Assembly: GCF_947568905.1 (NCBI RefSeq)
Contig: NC_079166.1
Location: forward strand, 10,788,001-10,852,000
Origin: Ostrea edulis
Lineage: Eukaryota
Direction of reading: 5' to 3'
DNA: 64,000 bases
Shown here piece by piece: positions 52,983 to 64,000 of the stretch. Under the pieces are notes generated by a model. It ran no database searches. It was given only the letters and a program-made list of their open reading frames with translations, and had not been told where the DNA came from. Each line of letters begins with the position of its first letter. Positions within the stretch are counted from its first letter, which is position 1. The translations under genes and the position numbers were made by a program.

Positions 52983-54040
52983 TATATGAGCCATAACGCC
53001 CTGCCCTAACAACAGAACCCCTCCCCTAACAACAAAACCTCTGCCCTAACAACAGAGCCCTAACCCTGGAGTCATGAATTCTACAGATTCCAATTATACA
53101 GTTAGAATGATTAGTGATAAAATTCGGATAACATTGAAATAAAGACTTGGTCAGAGCACTACCACTTAGGATTTATTTGTTTTGTTTATAGAAAATATAA
53201 TAGATGTTAAATATATAATATGAAATATATATATACATGTATTACAAATAATCATAATCATTAATAACCCATCATGGCAGCATAATATAAAATGCAAATC
53301 ATCAAATTACGAATGTCATTGCCACTGGTCATCACATGAATATACAATGTATGTTATAACCGGTGTTGTATATTTTACCAATATTGAGGATAAAAGGATA
53401 AATTTCATAAAGATCGTTCCAAAATGTCCTCGCTATAATACAGCAAACTTTGATGTAAATTAATACACGTATATAAAGCAGTATTGAAGAGAAAAACATT
53501 AGTTTTCATACTTGTATATTTGCTAAGTGTTAAAAATAAAAGAAATTATTATACCTCAGTATGAGAATTCTATGCAATGAGTAATCAGATTGGTCTAGAC
53601 GGTCACATGCCATGGATAACAAAACTTCATATCTCCCTCTCAAACATCATATCTCCCTATCATATTTACCGCTTGGGCAGCCTTGTGTATTTTCCATAAA
53701 TTTAACGTCAAAGACGACGAAATGTATTGTGACGTCTCAATAAGTCCGAGTCATTCTACTTCCATAATTCCTAAGGCACAAAACATGCGGTTCTCTGATA
53801 CACAGTTAAATCCCCTGATTTTGGTTGATACAAAAACAAGCAAATGAGCATTCAAGGAGAATGGTAAAACAAAAACTGGTTATCATATCACTGTATTTCG
53901 CTGTTTGTACCTTCTAATTCATTGAGGCGTGGTGTTACCGTTAGGGCAATCTCAGCTACATACATGTACAACGTATAGATGAGCGGACTCCAATCTCAAA
54001 TGCAATTTTGTGGTCTTGCTTTGTTTCGGTATAATAAACA

Positions 54041-54181
54041 ATTTATTGCATGAATGTTTGGGAGATATGAAGATTTATTCACCCAAGAAAAATCATATTC
54101 CCCTCGGGCGTTGCCCTCGGGGAATATGACTTTTCTTGGGTGAATAAATCTTCATATCTCCCTCACTATCATGCAATAAAT
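54041..54181. mobile_element. ~140-bp palindromic mini-element
   Basis: 49-bp inner stem with 3 mismatches around loop gtt, plus an outer stem atttattgcatga/tcatgcaataaat. Confidence 0.8.
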
Positions 54182-56348
54182 GTATAATCTTGAATAATAT
54201 CTTCATAATGCCTTTCAAATTCATGAAAATGTTAAAGGATTATAATTCTCTATGTATACAAATGTTTTATATATAATAATTAATGTGCCATGCCACTTAA
54301 ACACTCGCAGTGCAATTAATCATGAGCAATAAAAAATAAATATATATAAAATATCAATTATCTAAATTCATCAATGTGATATATTTCACTGACATCTTCC
54401 ACCATTAAATACTGATACCAATGTATCACAGGCTTTGCTAATGGTCGATAATTTCACAACCTCAAAACCCTCCTGTCAACTATTGAATTATACCGGTATA
54501 TTCCGCAGTTGTCTACATTTTGCAGATAAGAAAAATCCACAAAAACTATACATTCCAAAAATATTCTAAACAACAAACTATATCATCTAAGTGTACATGT
54601 ATTTTTATAATGCAGCCACAGAATATAATTTGCTACCTTTCAGGGATCAAATCTAAAAAATTTCCAACTCCAAAAATACATGTTAATTATTATATATAAC
54701 CGAAAATGTCAATTCATACATGTTAATTAATATATATACCTGGAAAGTGAACATGTTAATTATTATATATAACCGAACATGTCAATTTTCATACCGGGAA
54801 TGCTGAATCTGTCCATGCAGAAATTTTAAAAACTTTTTATAGTTGCTTGTGGACACACACCCCCTCCCCTCGTATTTTTTAATGTTCAATGCCTAGGGTA
54901 TAATAAGTGTATATTTTTCACAAAATATTTAACTATAGGGTGTTTTTATATTCAATGAAATAAACAAATTCCACATAAAAACCATTTTGTGTCGAGATCT
55001 ATTATGATCAAGGATATGACTGTTTACCTTTATGATTTAAAAACTGCTTCCATGTGGATCTGTTTCAGTAAATTTTGTGAAAAATATATGCTAACCCAGG
55101 GCATTTGACATTGCAAAATACAAGGATTTTGGGGGAGTCCTGTCCACAAGCACCCGTGAATCTTTCAATTCAAATATATTAGTTTCCATGCTTCAATCAG
55201 GAAAATTTTTCTTAATACATGTACGATATTTTACCGCAAGAGTGATTTCAAGACATGTGGTAAAAATCAGTGGAGCTTTCTAAGTTTCAAACTCAACGTT
55301 CATCAAGTACAGTTCTCATAATATGAGATATTATCTACCCTTAAGATTTTTATATTTGAAATATTATATGGCATTGCATGTATAGATCAATTAGACTAGC
55401 CTACATACTGCATATTGGGATCTTAATTTTCATTTATAGCCCTGATGCATTGCAATTTAATTTTGACCTGTTTTATTAAACTACATATTATTATATGATG
55501 AAGATTTTGTTTGTTCAGAGTGGTCTTGTTTCACAAAAAATTATAATTGCTGCAAGAAAGATAGATAGGGCCAATATGTTGGGGGTGGGGTGGGGGGTGG
55601 GGTAGAAACATGATTCCCATTGTACAATCTACTATCTTCTACAACCTGTGATCAGTAAAATCTACCATAACAGATCTATAAACTCAATTAAGAAATATAT
55701 TTCATACCGGCGTGAACTGTGATGCTTCACGACAGCATACTTCATTTAATGATCAGGAAGCGTGTTAGGGCTTCGTGAAAAGTATGCCGACATGAAGCGG
55801 CACTGCAGCACATTCTCGAGGATACAGCTATCTACCATTACAATTTGTAAATTATCAAAGCCTTGAAAGGCAAATACATTACAAATGTAAACTATGTCCA
55901 TCATTAAATCACTGATGATTTTCGATTCATGAATTCAAATACATTTTTTAAAAATTCAATAATAATCAACATTATTCAATAATTGTAATAAATAATATCA
56001 AATTTTCAGGGACATAGGATCTGTGGAATAAAAATTTAATACGATTATAATATAAAATGCACCAAGTACAAATCTTTGACACATACATCTGGTATACACT
56101 GGAATGATGTAAAGCATTTAAATGAATCATGTTTGGGAATTCAAAACAAATACATGATTAGCACCACAAATCCCTTGATGGATGAAACTTTTAATTGTGG
56201 ACATATGTGTACATTCCAATATACCACAGTGACTGTATTTATGATCGAGTTAGATCTTGCAACTAATATCACAGATTCACAGTTTTATAATGGTGTAGAT
56301 AATAAAACTGCCCCTTCATCATTAGATGCCCGTAGACGGTTGGTAGCT

Positions 56349-57503
56349 TTATCCCCCTATTAAAATCATAGGCCTGTTTTTCATTTTGGATAGGTTAAAC
56401 ATCCCTGCATGCTGTTTTTTCTTGCGTTTGACAGCCTCCTCAATGACCTGCCATATTTCCTCATCCTCTGCTTCTCCACGGAGGAGGTCTCTCAAAGACA
56501 CTTCAGCATTCCCAAACAAGCACACCTTCAAGTTTCCGTCAGCGGTGACGCGGAGCCTATTGCAGGATCCACAGAAATGTTCGCTCATGGAGGTGATGAA
56601 CCCTAACTGTCCAACATGTCCTGGAACTTTGTAGGCTTTTGAAGTATCATTAGCCTGATCGGACATTCGTTGGAGGTCTGGATAGCTCGATTTTATAGTG
56701 TCAATCATTTCAGCATAGGACACCATCTTCTTAAAGTTCCACCTGTTTCCATCAAACGGCATGTACTCAATAAACCGAACATCCACATTTTTGTCCTTTG
56801 TCAGATTGACAAAGTCCACTATTTCCTCCTCATTCACTCCTCTCATCACCACACAGTTCACTTTCACTGGACTGTATCCCAAATCCAGTGCAACATCAAT
56901 GCTTTTCATCACTCGGTCCCACCCCTTCCTCCTTGTGATAAACTCAAACTTTGCAGGAATTAGGGTATCCAGACTGATATTTATCAAATTTAGGCCAGCT
57001 TCCTTCAGTAGAGGCAATTTCCTTCCCAGTGTTACTCCATTTGTCGTCATAGCTATTGTCTGCAAACCATGTTGAGAACCATAGGAATTTATCCCCCGAA
57101 CGATGTCCACAAGGTCGGCTCGCACTAAAGGCTCTCCTCCAGTCAGGCGGATCTTGTTTACTCCCTGTCTCATGAACAATTCTGCAATGCGTATTATTTC
57201 CTTGCCGGACAGAATCCGCTCCTTGGGTGTTAAGTCCACCCCTTCCTCTGGCATGCAGTACTGGCACCGTAAGTTGCATCGCTCACTTATTGATATTCTG
57301 AGGTAGTTGTGGTGTCTCCCAAATAAATCTGTCAATACTGATGTCTTCTTTTCTTTAGGTTCGGACACAGTGGGTTTTTCTTCCTCAGTCTCCTGCTCCA
57401 GGCACGTTGTGAACTGTGTTCGCCTTCCTACGATCCTCCCGGTGGCTGGGTAACCAGAACACGTTTGAATATTCCGAAACGCTCCTAAAAATCGTCTCCT
57501 CAT
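56349..57503 (-). CDS. MOCS1: Molybdenum cofactor biosynthesis protein MOCS1A (GTP 3',8-cyclase, MoaA), intronless, 384 aa
   Basis: Radical SAM CxxxCxxC (RCNLRCQYC), LTGGEP, C-terminal cluster CGSC-x13-C, essential C-terminal MILIGG*. First ATG is 57503 (the ORF track start at 57566 is TTG). Arg-rich N-terminus. Confidence 0.96.
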   Translation of the reverse strand: MRRRFLGAFRNIQTCSGYPATGRIVGRRTQFTTCLEQETEEEKPTVSEPKEKKTSVLTDLFGRHHNYLRISISERCNLRCQYCMPEEGVDLTPKERILSGKEIIRIAELFMRQGVNKIRLTGGEPLVRADLVDIVRGINSYGSQHGLQTIAMTTNGVTLGRKLPLLKEAGLNLINISLDTLIPAKFEFITRRKGWDRVMKSIDVALDLGYSPVKVNCVVMRGVNEEEIVDFVNLTKDKNVDVRFIEYMPFDGNRWNFKKMVSYAEMIDTIKSSYPDLQRMSDQANDTSKAYKVPGHVGQLGFITSMSEHFCGSCNRLRVTADGNLKVCLFGNAEVSLRDLLRGEAEDEEIWQVIEEAVKRKKKQHAGMFNLSKMKNRPMILIGG

Positions 57504-58574
57504 TTTAGAAAAATTCCAGCAACAACAAAAATTTGTGACCCGACAGTCAGGTAAGATATAGGACAACAGGATCAGGAATTAGGTCATATTGACAAACGTC
57601 TACATGAAGTTAAATCAGTTGATGGCGTTAAGCAAAAGTAAGTTTTTAGTTGGTACGTTGAATAAGTCCTGTTTTCTACGTCATTTATAAAATGTTTCTG
57701 CACACATGGCAGAAGTATGACCCCTATGTCAACAATCTCAAAGTGAAAATGAAAGTACTTGCGATCTTAGTAAGTCTTTCTCGAAAGATTTCATGCATCG
57801 AAATATTCATATTATTCAGAGAAACAAAATATGCCGATGTTAAAGATGCATTTAATACGCTAAGTTAGCACGTATGAAGAACAAAAAGAATAGAAAAAAT
57901 CCAAAAAATTCTGCAATCTTCATAGTTTATCACTCTTGGCACTAGGTGGCGCTTTAGTACACCCGCCATACCGAATATTTTGTTTAACTTGGATTCGTGT
58001 GGACCTATTGTTTCGAATAGATCTCTTAAAGAAGAAAGGAAAACTTTGGTAAGAACGGACTTTATAGATATTGTTTTCCGCAAAAGAGTAATTATTTACG
58101 AAACTTTTTATTTCACTAGGATTAGCTTTCGGATATTTTCAAATCTGCACCAACTCGGTTGAATGTAATTTCATGTTATTTTAAAAGAAATAGTGTTGTA
58201 AAAGGAAGATCCATTTCATTCACTTCAATTACATAAGGACAATGTTTATCTTGAAGCGGGCACGTGTAAAGTATATAATCTTAGTGTAGTGTAAGCAAGA
58301 CGTGATAACGGGTACAAAACAATGGAGGAAATTCGAGCGATTTAAAAACAAGAACATCTACTCAGTGCAGAGTGACGTTACTCACATTTATGAATATTTA
58401 AGCCGTAAGAATGTGTGTTTCCACTAGCTTTTACAATGTCAAAGTCTTGCAAAAAATGGTGAAATTAGAACTACAAAATTTGCAAGCAACATGTATTTGG
58501 CCACCAAACAAGTCGGTTTATTTGATTTGAATCCCAGAGAAGAAAAATATACTTGCAATGGACCTTATTGTCAG

Positions 58575-58757
58575 GTATGTATATGATCATTCATGTTCTA
58601 TTTAATGCATGAAATAGTGAATTACTTGAAATTTAATTCCATTGTCAACATATATATTCTTGTACTTAAATTTACTAGAGAAAGTGGGAAACACACATTT
58701 TTAGAGGCACAGAAAAAATTCTATTTTTATGGATTATAGTTTGTTATTCTTTTCCAG
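58575..58757 (+). other. Probable 5'UTR intron of the CCDC191-like gene
   Basis: Donor CAG|GTATGT and acceptor ttattcttttccag|. Confidence 0.6.
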
Positions 58758-58866
58758 ATCCCGGGAAAAATGTCCAAGGATCAACAGATGACATGAGGAG
58801 ACCAGGTGAAAGGATTAGGTGAAATGATATAGAAATTCTCAGTGCTTTTCCTTCACTGGAGTGAAA

Positions 58867-61803
58867 ATGTCTGACAAATTCCATAAAGATGGTCTCTACA
58901 AATGGAAAAAGCAAACTGATAATAAAGTGTATTCCAGGTCACAAAAAGTGGCAACAACCAGTGATATTCAAAACTGGATCCAAAAAGTTGAACAAGCCTC
59001 AGAAAAGGCAGCAGAAAGTGTCTTTCAAGGAAAGCCATCAAGGCACCATTCAGGAAAGACTGTTACAGCTTTGAAGACTCTAGATCAACTTAGGGAACAT
59101 GACACAGCTCTCACAGAGGCTCAGGACCTCCTGTCACAGTGGATGGAAGAGAAGGTCTGTCTGGATGTGGATGACGATGGAGGAGGAGATGCTTACAGCG
59201 ATGATGCTCTGCATCAGAGGAGATTAGAATCAAATGTCAAGAAAGAATGGGATCATTTGTTAGATAATAACTATGAATTGTATGATGTACCAAGAAAACA
59301 AAAAGTCAAGGAAGATAAATCTGATCCATATGCATTTCTTGATAAAATGGATGACAGTGAAGCTGTGGAGTCCATCCTAGAACATATGCTGAATAAAAAA
59401 CTGGTGAAAGAAGCATTTACTGAGGACCTTGGTTTGAATGAAATGTCAATATACAAAGATCCCAGAACTAAAATGGAGCTAAGACATAAACAAGTGAAAG
59501 AAAATCGGGAGAAGAGAGAGAAAGAGTTGTTGAGGAAAAGACAAGAACGGCAGGCCAAGAAGACAGCTCAAAATCAAGCGAAAATAATAATAATGAAGGA
59601 AGAAAAGGACAAATTGATGAAGGCTAGGCAGGAGGAGATGGCTATAAAGAAGGAGATGGCCCGTATTAGGAAAGAGATGCAGGAAGAAAGACAGAAGCAA
59701 AGAGACGCCAAGAAAAGTGAAGAGACCGAGAAGAAAACCATCATGTCTGAGGCCAAACTTCACGTGGATCAGGAGAGAGAGAACGAGAGAGCAGAAAGAT
59801 TACAAAAGCAGCTGGAAATGGAAGAAAGACAAAGAGTTCTCATTCAAAAAATGGAGGAGATGGAAGTTCGTAGGAGGGCTAATGAAATGAAAATTTTGCA
59901 CAACTGTTTTAGGGCCTGGTATAATGTTGCTCTGGAGAGAAGAATGCAAATGGGGAAAGCAAGAGCCCTGTCTGATTGGAAGTTGCTTCTCCGAGCTTGG
60001 AATGCATGGTCGTCTGTGATACGTTCTAAAAAGTTAGAGATTGAGGCAAGACAGCACGAAATTGATGTCATTAAATCCCACAGAAACATCCAGATTGCAG
60101 AAAAGCACCACAGACATGGATTACTGAAGAAATATTTTCTGGCCTGGCAAATATGGATACACCAGGAACAGGAGAGGAAAGAAATGAAAAACATGCAGGA
60201 GGAAACAAAGAAGAAGATGACAGTATTTTTGGAGGCTGCGTCTGAGGGAAAGTTGTGGGAAAGTACTGTTGATGACTCTAGTGAAATTATAAAGGTCCAG
60301 AAAATGCCTTCAGTGAATGTGGATGATTTTTTCAACAGTCAACCAAAACGACCTTCAACTTCTTTGAGTACTGTTTCCTCTAATGCAAGTGATCCCCAAG
60401 AACGGAAAGTGTCTCGTCCAAACAGAATTCCAACACAGGCATGGCAGGTGAACAGGAGGCATCTGAACCTCACTCCTGAGGAAATAGCAAAACTGGGAGG
60501 AGGTGAAGAAATTGATGAGCAGGAGAGGCCTACAGATCTTCAAGTCCGAAAGAGATTTGGAACTCAGCCATGGATGAACACAAAATACATTACCAATAAC
60601 TTCGAAAATCGACACAACTCTCAGCAGAAGATTATCAAAGACCAACAAAGGGAGTTACAGGAACAGAGGAGAATGATAGAGGAATTGCAATTCACACAAC
60701 AAAAACAAAAGCTGCAACAACAGGCAAACACACAAAAAGAAATTCAAAGTTTATTAGATAAACAACCAATGTCAGAAAGTGTGCTGAGGGAGAGAGGGTG
60801 GCTCACATGTCAGACAGGTTCCAAGAAAGATGAAACAAATAGAACTCCTAGAAATAAGGAACATCAAAAATATCCTGAGACTGACAGGTCACCTGCTAAT
60901 GAAGGTGACAAGACAAATAGAACAAATGTTTCATCAGCAACAGCTGGTTCGTTAAAGTCCAACAGCAAGTACTTATCCCTTCAGAAAAAGATGGATGAAA
61001 GAGCAGCCGAAAGGGCGAAGGCAAAAATGGAGAGGGAAGAAAAGCGGAGACAGATGGAAGAAGAGAAACTGGAGAAGCTCAAAGCTGAAGAGGAAGAACT
61101 CATTCAAAAAGAGCAAGAGGAGAAAAAGGCTAGGATTTCTGCACTCCAGGAGAAAAAGAAACAGGAAAAGTTGCGGGATCAAAGAAAGCTGGAACAAGAA
61201 GAGAAAATGAAAACACTAAGTGCAATGGCAGATAAGCACTACCTCAAGTCATTGATGAAGTACAAAGGTATGATTAGATTCAAAAAGTTGGTGGAAAAGT
61301 CGAGACAAAATGAGGTGAAAGCCGTGAAACACTGGAGAGATTGTTTGAAGAGGAAATTATTAAGGCAGTGGAAGGAGAACGTCAGAGAAATTCAACAAGT
61401 AAAGGAGAAAATGGCGGACAAGATGTTTGAGTACATATTGATCAAAAGGTGCTTCAAAAACTGGAGACTTGTTAAAAATCATGTGGAGATTCTTGAAGGA
61501 AGAGCAAAGCGTTATTACAACAGAAATTTGAAAAACAAGATTTTCTTAATGTGGCGTGACTGGGCACAGCATGAAAAAGTAGACAATATTGAAAAGGAAC
61601 GGAGAGCCAGGGAACATCGTGTCTGGAATTTGAAGTCTAAGTATTTTCACAAATGGAGAAGGCACCCAGAGGAATTGAAGAAAGAGAAGGCACGTGAAAA
61701 ACGGAGAAAAGAAATGCGATTGACTGTTGCTGCGCTTCTACCGGACTATGAGGGGAGTGGGAGAAAAAGTCAAACTGTAGATGAGGAGTATAGATACAAT
61801 TAG
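58867..61803 (+). CDS. CCDC191: Coiled-coil domain-containing protein 191-like, single-exon CDS, 978 aa
   Basis: Blocks DIQNWIQKVEQASE, EAQDLLSQW and DPRTKMELRHKQVKENR, with W-containing repeats. In-frame TGA at 58825 precedes ATG 58867 (track start 58861 is GTG). Confidence 0.85.
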   Translation: MSDKFHKDGLYKWKKQTDNKVYSRSQKVATTSDIQNWIQKVEQASEKAAESVFQGKPSRHHSGKTVTALKTLDQLREHDTALTEAQDLLSQWMEEKVCLDVDDDGGGDAYSDDALHQRRLESNVKKEWDHLLDNNYELYDVPRKQKVKEDKSDPYAFLDKMDDSEAVESILEHMLNKKLVKEAFTEDLGLNEMSIYKDPRTKMELRHKQVKENREKREKELLRKRQERQAKKTAQNQAKIIIMKEEKDKLMKARQEEMAIKKEMARIRKEMQEERQKQRDAKKSEETEKKTIMSEAKLHVDQERENERAERLQKQLEMEERQRVLIQKMEEMEVRRRANEMKILHNCFRAWYNVALERRMQMGKARALSDWKLLLRAWNAWSSVIRSKKLEIEARQHEIDVIKSHRNIQIAEKHHRHGLLKKYFLAWQIWIHQEQERKEMKNMQEETKKKMTVFLEAASEGKLWESTVDDSSEIIKVQKMPSVNVDDFFNSQPKRPSTSLSTVSSNASDPQERKVSRPNRIPTQAWQVNRRHLNLTPEEIAKLGGGEEIDEQERPTDLQVRKRFGTQPWMNTKYITNNFENRHNSQQKIIKDQQRELQEQRRMIEELQFTQQKQKLQQQANTQKEIQSLLDKQPMSESVLRERGWLTCQTGSKKDETNRTPRNKEHQKYPETDRSPANEGDKTNRTNVSSATAGSLKSNSKYLSLQKKMDERAAERAKAKMEREEKRRQMEEEKLEKLKAEEEELIQKEQEEKKARISALQEKKKQEKLRDQRKLEQEEKMKTLSAMADKHYLKSLMKYKGMIRFKKLVEKSRQNEVKAVKHWRDCLKRKLLRQWKENVREIQQVKEKMADKMFEYILIKRCFKNWRLVKNHVEILEGRAKRYYNRNLKNKIFLMWRDWAQHEKVDNIEKERRAREHRVWNLKSKYFHKWRRHPEELKKEKAREKRRKEMRLTVAALLPDYEGSGRKSQTVDEEYRYN

Positions 61804-61831
61804 TAGATCGTTAACCGGGCATTTTAACATT

Positions 61832-62015
61832 CCTTGACATTTGGTTGTGATCCGCCTTGACATTTTGTATGTGATCCGCCTAGACATTTGGTTGTGATCT
61901 GCCTTGACATTTTGTATGTGATCCGCCTAGACATTTGGTTGTGATCCGCCTAGACATTTGGTTGTGATCCGCCTAGACATCTTGTATGTGATCCGCCTAG
62001 ACATTTGGTTGTGAT
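61832..62015. repeat. 23/24-bp tandem repeat in the CCDC191 3'UTR
   Basis: gtgatccgcctagacatttggtt and gtgatccgccttgacattttgtat. Confidence 0.9.
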
Positions 62016-62920
62016 TCCTAATTTGTGATCCGATTCAAGTGCTTCTCTAATCTATTTATTAATTTATTGAATTCGATCTTTCCATCAACTCTTTGGCATT
62101 GTGTAAAAGTTGACTGTAAGATATTTTACAGACTTGGTGTATGTTGTAGTTTTTGATCATCATGTACATGAACATAGTCATACTCTCTATCATAGTTTTT
62201 CCTATAGTAATTCTGCACAGTCTGCAATAAAATACTTTTGCATGTGAAATAAAATGTCACAATGATTTAGAAATGTAAAGAAATATTTTATTTATCAGTG
62301 TCCGTTGAAATTCTAGATATCGTAGGTCTGCGTATACATTTCTAATACAATCAACATCTTTTTTTAAGTACAAAATCAATGAAAAATTATTTTGTTTAAA
62401 CCTTTTTCAAATGATTTCATGGATGCTGAATTTCTTGTCGATGAATAAATTGTAAAGAGTATTTTTGATGAATTGAATATACTGTTTGTTATATACATAT
62501 ATATATATATAAAGCACTGAAGAACCAACAACATTCAGTATCCAAAACTGTCGGATCTATATTAAATAGATACAATGGTCATATATATATATATATATAA
62601 ATAATATATATATTGGTAGGGGGACTCATTTCCATGAACCTGAGATTAGGGTCACTTCCCCAGAATGTGGGCTGAGACTCGCATGAATATTGGCTACTGC
62701 TTGTCAAAGGGAAGCAATTCTTTAAATCATGTTTGTAATATTCAAGATTTTCTCATACATGTTACAACTGTAAGTGGGTTAAATCCTTCAATCATTCACA
62801 TTATAAAACATTTGATCACTAGATTTCGTTGGAGCTCAATTTTAGAGGATGGCAATTTCTCATGAATTCCAAACCACAACAAATTACACTATTTTTCAAT
62901 GTATGGAAACAATATCCTTG

Positions 62921-63078
62921 AATTTACATCACAATGAACCTGTAAAAATTTACATCACAATGAACCTGTAAAAATTTACATCACAATGAACCTGTGAAAA
63001 TTTACATCACAATGAACCTGTAAAAATTTACATCACAATGAACCTGTGAAAATTTACATCACAATGAACCTGTAAAAA
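62921..63078. repeat. 26-bp tandem repeat, ~6 copies
   Basis: aatttacatcacaatgaacctgtaaa. Confidence 0.95.
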
Positions 63079-63155
63079 ATTCCATGATCATTAAAAATTG
63101 GCCCCCACGAATTTGAAATGATTTTTCAACAGAAAGAGAATAACCACAAAATGAG

Positions 63156-63594
63156 GATGTCAACCAGGATTAGAACTGTGAGAAAATATCACTAGGAGTT
63201 GTGTAAGCAGGACAACAGATGTCAACCAGGATTAGAACTCTGAGAAAATATCATTAGGAGTTGTGTAAGCAGGACAACAGATGTCAACCAGGATTAGAAC
63301 TCTGAGAAAATATCACTAGGAGTTGTGTAAGCAGGACAACAGATGTCAACCAGGATTAGAACTCTGAGAAAATATCACTAGGAGTTGTGTAAGCAGAACA
63401 ACAGATGTCAACCAGGATTAGAACTGTGAGAAAATATCACTAGGAGTTGTGTAAGCAGGACAACAGATGTCAACCAGGCTTAGAACTCTGAGAAAATATC
63501 ACTAGGAGTTGTGTAAGCAGAACAACAGATGTCAACCAGGATTAGAACTCTGAGAAAATATCACTAGGAGTTGTGTAAGCAGGACAACAGATGT
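63156..63594. repeat. 62-bp tandem repeat, 7 copies
   Basis: gatgtcaaccaggattagaactctgagaaaatatcactaggagttgtgtaagcaggacaaca. Confidence 0.97.
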
Positions 63595-63858
63595 TTTCCT
63601 TAGGAATAATTCTGTATATATTTATTAAAGATCACTGTATTGAAGTCAGGGCGTTTTAAAACTTAAAATTATGTGCTGATTGCATCAAGATTAATCTTGT
63701 TAAAAGTCAACGTTGTAAAAAAGTGGCAATATTCGTTCCGACTTTTTAATTATCCTAAGTATTGTTCATTATATTCCTTTCTCATTATGCTAAATGTACA
63801 ACTGGTCTTGTGTGGCTGCCGCTGCTGGTGGTTTAAGAAATGTCTCATTGCATGTTCA

Positions 63859-64000
63859 GTTTTTATACACCCCTCAAAGACCGGACGTATTATGGTATGG
63901 CGTCGTCCGTCTGTCTGTCTGGAGCTTGTAGGCAAAATGAACCGTAAGCTCCAGGATCTTACAACTTGGTACATATAATCACCATGATGAGAGGAAGATG
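63859..64000 (+). mobile_element. Probable 5' end of a HINE-type element running out of the window
   Basis: tttttatacacccctc..., then gtccgtctgtctgtct microsatellite. Confidence 0.55.

Noticed and set aside
56076-56348. MOCS1B by readthrough or overlap after the MOCS1A stop
   Set aside because: The frame closes after 8 codons and no MoaC-like sequence is visible in any frame.
56076-57306. Plus-strand ORFs overlapping MOCS1A
   Set aside because: They are antisense shadows of a real CDS with no motifs.
59271-61197. Minus-strand F/L/S-rich ORFs within CCDC191
   Set aside because: They are antisense shadows of E/K/R-rich codons.
63156-63594. CRISPR-like appearance of the regular repeats here and elsewhere
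   Set aside because: The units are contiguous with no unique spacers, there are no cas genes, and the context is eukaryotic.

Overview
This is AT-rich eukaryotic genomic DNA, very likely from an oyster or related bivalve (inferred from Helentron/HINE-type elements carrying ~165-bp satellite arrays, bivalve-type tRNA-SINEs and MITEs). It has two N gaps. I reconstructed four recognisable genes by hand from splice sites and reading frame. (1) A 13-exon, 608-aa mitochondrial NADP-type malic enzyme (minus strand, 37305->25827) with one GC-AG intron. (2) An 8-coding-exon, 284-aa CUEDC2 (plus strand, 38388->48475), head-to-head with the malic enzyme. (3) An intronless, stand-alone 384-aa MOCS1A/MoaA (minus strand, 57503->56349) ending in GG-stop, with no MOCS1B/MoaC visible downstream. 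(4) A 978-aa CCDC191-like gene with an intronless CDS (plus strand, 58867->61803) carrying Sfi1-type repeats, head-to-head with MOCS1A. The left part holds one or two unidentified low-complexity coding units (11059-16064 and 17422-17931). The rest is MITEs, HINEs, SINEs, LINE fragments, short hairpin elements and many minisatellites, several sitting on or next to splice signals. The most notable observations are the split, intronless MOCS1A beside another intronless CDS, tandem arrays that multiply splice or poly(A) signals, and an 85-bp hairpin insertion. No database search was run, so family names rest on motif recognition.
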